Shown here piece after piece: positions 33,453 to 37,616 of a stretch of DNA of 37,616 nucleotides. Within the stretch, counting starts at the first letter, position 1. Each line of letters begins with the position of its first letter. The stretch lies in NCBI RefSeq assembly GCF_001194135.2, contig NC_068986.1:102193942-102231557 (forward strand), read 5' to 3'. The stretch comes from Octopus bimaculoides (Eukaryota). Under the pieces are notes generated by a model. The model did not search any database. It was not told the DNA's origin and was given only the letters and a program-made list of their open reading frames with translations. A program made the position numbers and the translations under genes.

Positions 33453-35561
33453 CATACATAGTCTTAGTCGTACACAAATCTAGAGTACCAAATGTATGTA
33501 TAGTTACGGAATGCCAGGTGCGACACATTTGTTTATTATACAAAACTGCAATCCTGTAAAAAGCTTTCATGCATACATTGTTTCATAATTCTACCACACT
33601 TACTCTGGGATACCAAAGGCTGTACATGTAAACGAATTTCTCTTCATTTTTCCGGGACGACATGAGGTTGAGAAAATCAGACAGACGACAGCGTAACTAA
33701 AACTTACAATAAATAATATTGAAGTGATGATTACATAACTGAAGTTCGCAGTAAGGTTATTTATTTAGATATGACGATTTTGCAGAATAAACCTTGTATA
33801 TTCTCATCTACAGTAACTGACTACTAAAAGCATTGTGCTTCATATGTAATTGCAGCAGATCATATTTCCGACATCACCAATATAATTCTTTGGCAAACCA
33901 CGACCAGAAACAGCTTGTGTTCGATATGTGGAAACCGGAACGATATCTAGAGAAAGAAAACATAACCCCGCAGCCCCCTCGCTACAGGCAAAGCCCAAAT
34001 GTCATGCAACGACATAACGCTGATAACAGCATTAAATTCACACAAAAAAAATATGCTTTCATTATATTCATAGTGAAAACACCTTAAGAAGTTAATATCA
34101 CTACTCACAACAACAAGACCCTGAATAACAGATATACATTCGACATGTTCGAAAAATCTGGTAGTGGATTTTACACAACACCGTTCATAGAATGGTGACA
34201 AATCCATTAGCATTTATAACAAAATCCAACAATAAACTTTTACATTCAGGATAGCATTAAGGTAATCTCCACATCATAATGATCCTGAAATATAAATTCT
34301 TGGTTATAAGAATTCTAGATATTTGCGATATTGCTTCCCACATGACGTAGAAACTATAAATACGCAATGCATATATACGTGGGTGTAAGAATATGTAAGT
34401 CATACACATTTTTTTTTTTTACCTACAGAATTGCAATTCTCCGTTACTTCTAACCACAACAATACTAACAATAGATTATATAATTTTTTTTAAGCCTGCA
34501 TTGCGGTTGGAAATAATAAAATGTTCTCAACACACGCACGTTTCAGCAACTGTATGTGGCAGTCACTAGCAATTCCAAGATATCGAAGACGCATTGAATA
34601 TCTCTCTCGAACGACTACTGGAGCCAGGACTTAGATTGAGAGGTTTTCTATTACAATAAATCTAATAATCTTCCAGGTTTATCATTATGAATAATACTCC
34701 AAACGTTCCTGCATCTTTAGGCATGTTTGCATATGCTTTTGAATACTAATTAATCAAACATAATAATTAATCGAGTTGTTTTCAACCTCACAACCATCGG
34801 TGATTTTGGAACAATGCTGTTGATATAAATATTGAATAGTTGTAGGCCAATCATTGCAGTTGATGAAAGACTTGGTGAGACGCATTCTTGTGAAATTGTT
34901 GGTAGTAACCTTTTTTTCTTTTTTTTACTATCGATGTTATACTCAACATGGTATAAATAGTAGAGACGAGATATTCATTAATGGGAAAGATATGGATTTC
35001 GATAATTCAAAAGAACAGAAGCTGGTAATTTCTAATAAAAGAATAAGAGATATTTAGAAAACAAAGATGCGTTTTTACTTGTTATAATACGTCGACGCCG
35101 TGTTTTTACTAATCAGATAATCCTAAATGTAAGCTATCGGTATAATCTCCGCAGCACACATCCAAATATAGAGGAATGTTTAATTTAGATTTCTAAGTCA
35201 GCATCAACTCGAAGACGTATTGATCTATAATGCTGAAAGGGATAGGTGATTGTTGAAATGTGCATTGAGAGTTTTATCAAGAAGCGAAATTGAAAGTAAA
35301 GTAACCAAGCGAAATCCCCTGGGATTGTGATGATTCAATGTTATTTACTTCTTTATTTCATCGCCTTCATTTGTCCTAATGTGTGAGATATGCCATATAT
35401 TCCTTACTACACGTTGTTTCTATTAATTCCGCAGAAGAGGGTTACTATGTAGCCATCATGTACCGATATTGATTTACAAATATTCAATGTCTATATTAAA
35501 TAGTTTTCTCAATGTCAATGTTATCTTTAAGATATATTAACTACCTTTAATGGCATCAATT

Positions 35562-35663
35562 TTGGCAGAAGACCAACATTTTTTAATGGGTGGTGCTATT
35601 CGATTGAATCCTCATTGCTAACCTGGTACTGAGAAGATGAAGGTCGAAATGTTACCTCGGTGG
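35562..35663 (-). mobile_element. SINE family A remnant
   Basis: 'cgattgaatcctcattgctaacctggtact..gatgaaggtcgaa..acctcggtgg' is a decayed reverse copy. Confidence 0.45.
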
Positions 35664-35894
35664 GACGTCTATTTATTAATACAATGAAAATATTATCGGA
35701 CCTTCGTCATGCATTATATAGGTGTCGGGATGTACTCTTATGTGAAGGAGTGGTAATCTTTTGTAATAGAAGTTGTGATGCTATTCGTGAATTATCTGTG
35801 GTAAGGCGATGTTCAGATGCATATCACAGTACAGAAGACAGAATCATTTATGATGTAGGAACTTTTTTGTATTCAGCAAATCATCTATTTGATC

Positions 35895-36325
35895 GTAGAT
35901 ATATTTTCAATATTGGTTCCCATTTGTGATATATTTTAAATATTCGTTTCTAATTTCGGTACAGGGGATAATTGTAGTGATTCTCTGCTCGAGTTCCTCT
36001 AGGTTTGCAGGAAGAGGTGGGACATAGACCAGGCTCTTCACATAGCTCCAGAGAAGGCAATCGCAATGTGTCAGGTGAGGTGAACGTAGTAGCCATTTCA
36101 ACAGCACATTTCATCAGGACGCGCCAAAGTGTCGTTTGAGTAATCTGGGTTTCCAGTCTTGTTCTTCTTATGGACTTCTTGGGGCTTCACAAGAGTTTTT
36201 GGCGAACCCGCTCGACCGTCTCTTCCGACGTCATAATATCATGACATAAACAATTAAATATAAGAAATAATAATGTCTTAAAGTATGTGTTAATCCCTAT
36301 GTAGCATGACTTTGTGGACACCCTG
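35895..36325 (-). mobile_element. Tc1/mariner-superfamily deletion derivative (WPPRSPDL-type family)
   Basis: 5' TIR TA|CAGGGTGTCCACAAAGTC at 36327-36308. N-terminal piece TSEETVERVRQKLL*SPKKSIRR..LWRVL is fused to LRSPHLTHCDCLLWSYVKSLVYVPPLPANLEELEQRITT. Confidence 0.9.
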
Positions 36326-36398
36326 TATGAATTTAAGATCGTTTGTGGATGCTAGTCATATTATAGATGCCATTTCAGGTATGATTTCATCTGTGATA

Positions 36399-36520
36399 CA
36401 TTATCTCTATGGAGCCGAAACCTGGACTAATATGATCGATCTCTTTGCTGGCACCTGACACAAGATTCCCGGGAGCACTCAAGACATAAATGTTATCGCT
36501 GACCTTGTACTCAGAAAAGA
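36399..36520 (+). mobile_element. RTE-clade LINE RT C-terminal scrap
   Basis: LYGAETWT at 36405-36428 matches the RTE motif LLYGxETWT; the 3' boundary is approximate. Confidence 0.5.
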
Positions 36521-37616
36521 GATATGATTTAAGGACTTATTCAATAGATCCTTGCTATTATTTACGAACATACATTAGGATTTCCTGGCCATTCTTAACA
36601 TGGTAAAAATTAGCATATCCTGCGATATGTATTCAGTTTAGGAATTTCAGAAATCTAATAGTGGAATAACTGTGTGACTACAAATTCAAAACACCGTATT
36701 TCTGAGTTTTTGCATTTCCTTTACAGAAATTGATAACTATTAAAGCATATATGTTTTTGCATATAAAACGGTGCAAGATTGTAGGTTTGTACACGGAAGA
36801 TTATGTAACAATCTGTGTGTGCATTCATACCTATATATTAAAGTGTATAGAACTGTAGTGATTTATGACTACATATATATATATATATATATATATAAAC
36901 ATATACTTACTAAATCTCATATGTATATATATATATATATATACGTGTTTGCGATTGTGTTTCTGTATATATATATTATACGTGAATGCGTGTGCGCGTG
37001 CGTGGAGTGTGTTTGATCATTTGTATGATAACGAGAGAGAAAGAGTGTTGCATAAAGTGAAAGTATCAGGACCGGCGAAAAAAAGGATGATGAAATAAGA
37101 GAAGAATAGAAATTGGAAGTGAAAAAATCGATATGGCATGCTTTAGTCGGAGTATAGCCAGTCAAAATCATTTAGTAACAAAGATATCGTGAAATTTAAT
37201 CAAGGCTATCTTAATAGCATCTAGGTGCATTCCACTACCCAATGCTGCCTGATTAAGAAATAAGTTTTGACATCTTACTGCAAAAATTCTTGCACATGCA
37301 TTTTATCCATCATGCCAACTTGCAATAGCAATTCGATGGAAGACATTATAAGAGTATACGTGTATATACATGTGTGCGTACGTGTGTGTGTGTATTAGTA
37401 ATTGGCGGCATAAGAATACCAATGGAAGAAAAAATATAAAGTAATAAGCAATTTGAATGTCAGGAATGCAAGAATGGATTCGACAAAATATATGGATTAT
37501 CGGTATAAAAAGAAAATTACAGATGAAAAACAAAATTACACGTCCAAAAGTTTTTTTTCGCTACACAATGCTCTGTTTATAAATTTATATAAGTTTTTAT
37601 TTGCTCTGTCTACATC

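Noticed and set aside
35660-35929. 89-aa plus-strand ORF (also 33833-34087 and 31508-31720)
   Set aside because: No recognisable motif or splice support, and the length is within chance expectation; 35660-35929 overlaps SINE and Tc1 remnants.

Overview
AT-rich, microsatellite-dense eukaryotic DNA with seven assembly gaps. The SINE and LINE families look like those of a cephalopod (Octopus-like) genome; this is inferred from remembered repeat consensuses, not from a search. I found no complete gene, tRNA, rRNA or CRISPR array. Most recognisable sequence is decayed mobile DNA: two tRNA-derived SINE families (10 copies), R4/Dong- and HERO-like RLE retrotransposon 3' ends, two CR1/L2-group LINE copies, RTE scraps, a Helitron 5' end and helicase C-terminus, four Tc1/mariner remnants, a long-TIR foldback element, a piggyBac-like MITE candidate and an LTR-like segment. 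Four Penelope-type minimal hammerhead ribozyme motifs occur in four unrelated contexts. The main unexplained signal is a 198-codon minus-strand open frame (21606-21013) with a good splice acceptor. It is followed by a clean 123-nt candidate exon (20655-20533), and the predicted junction gives an F-x-S-x-E...R-P-x-L-x-I motif. Most supplied ORFs are microsatellite or N-gap artefacts.
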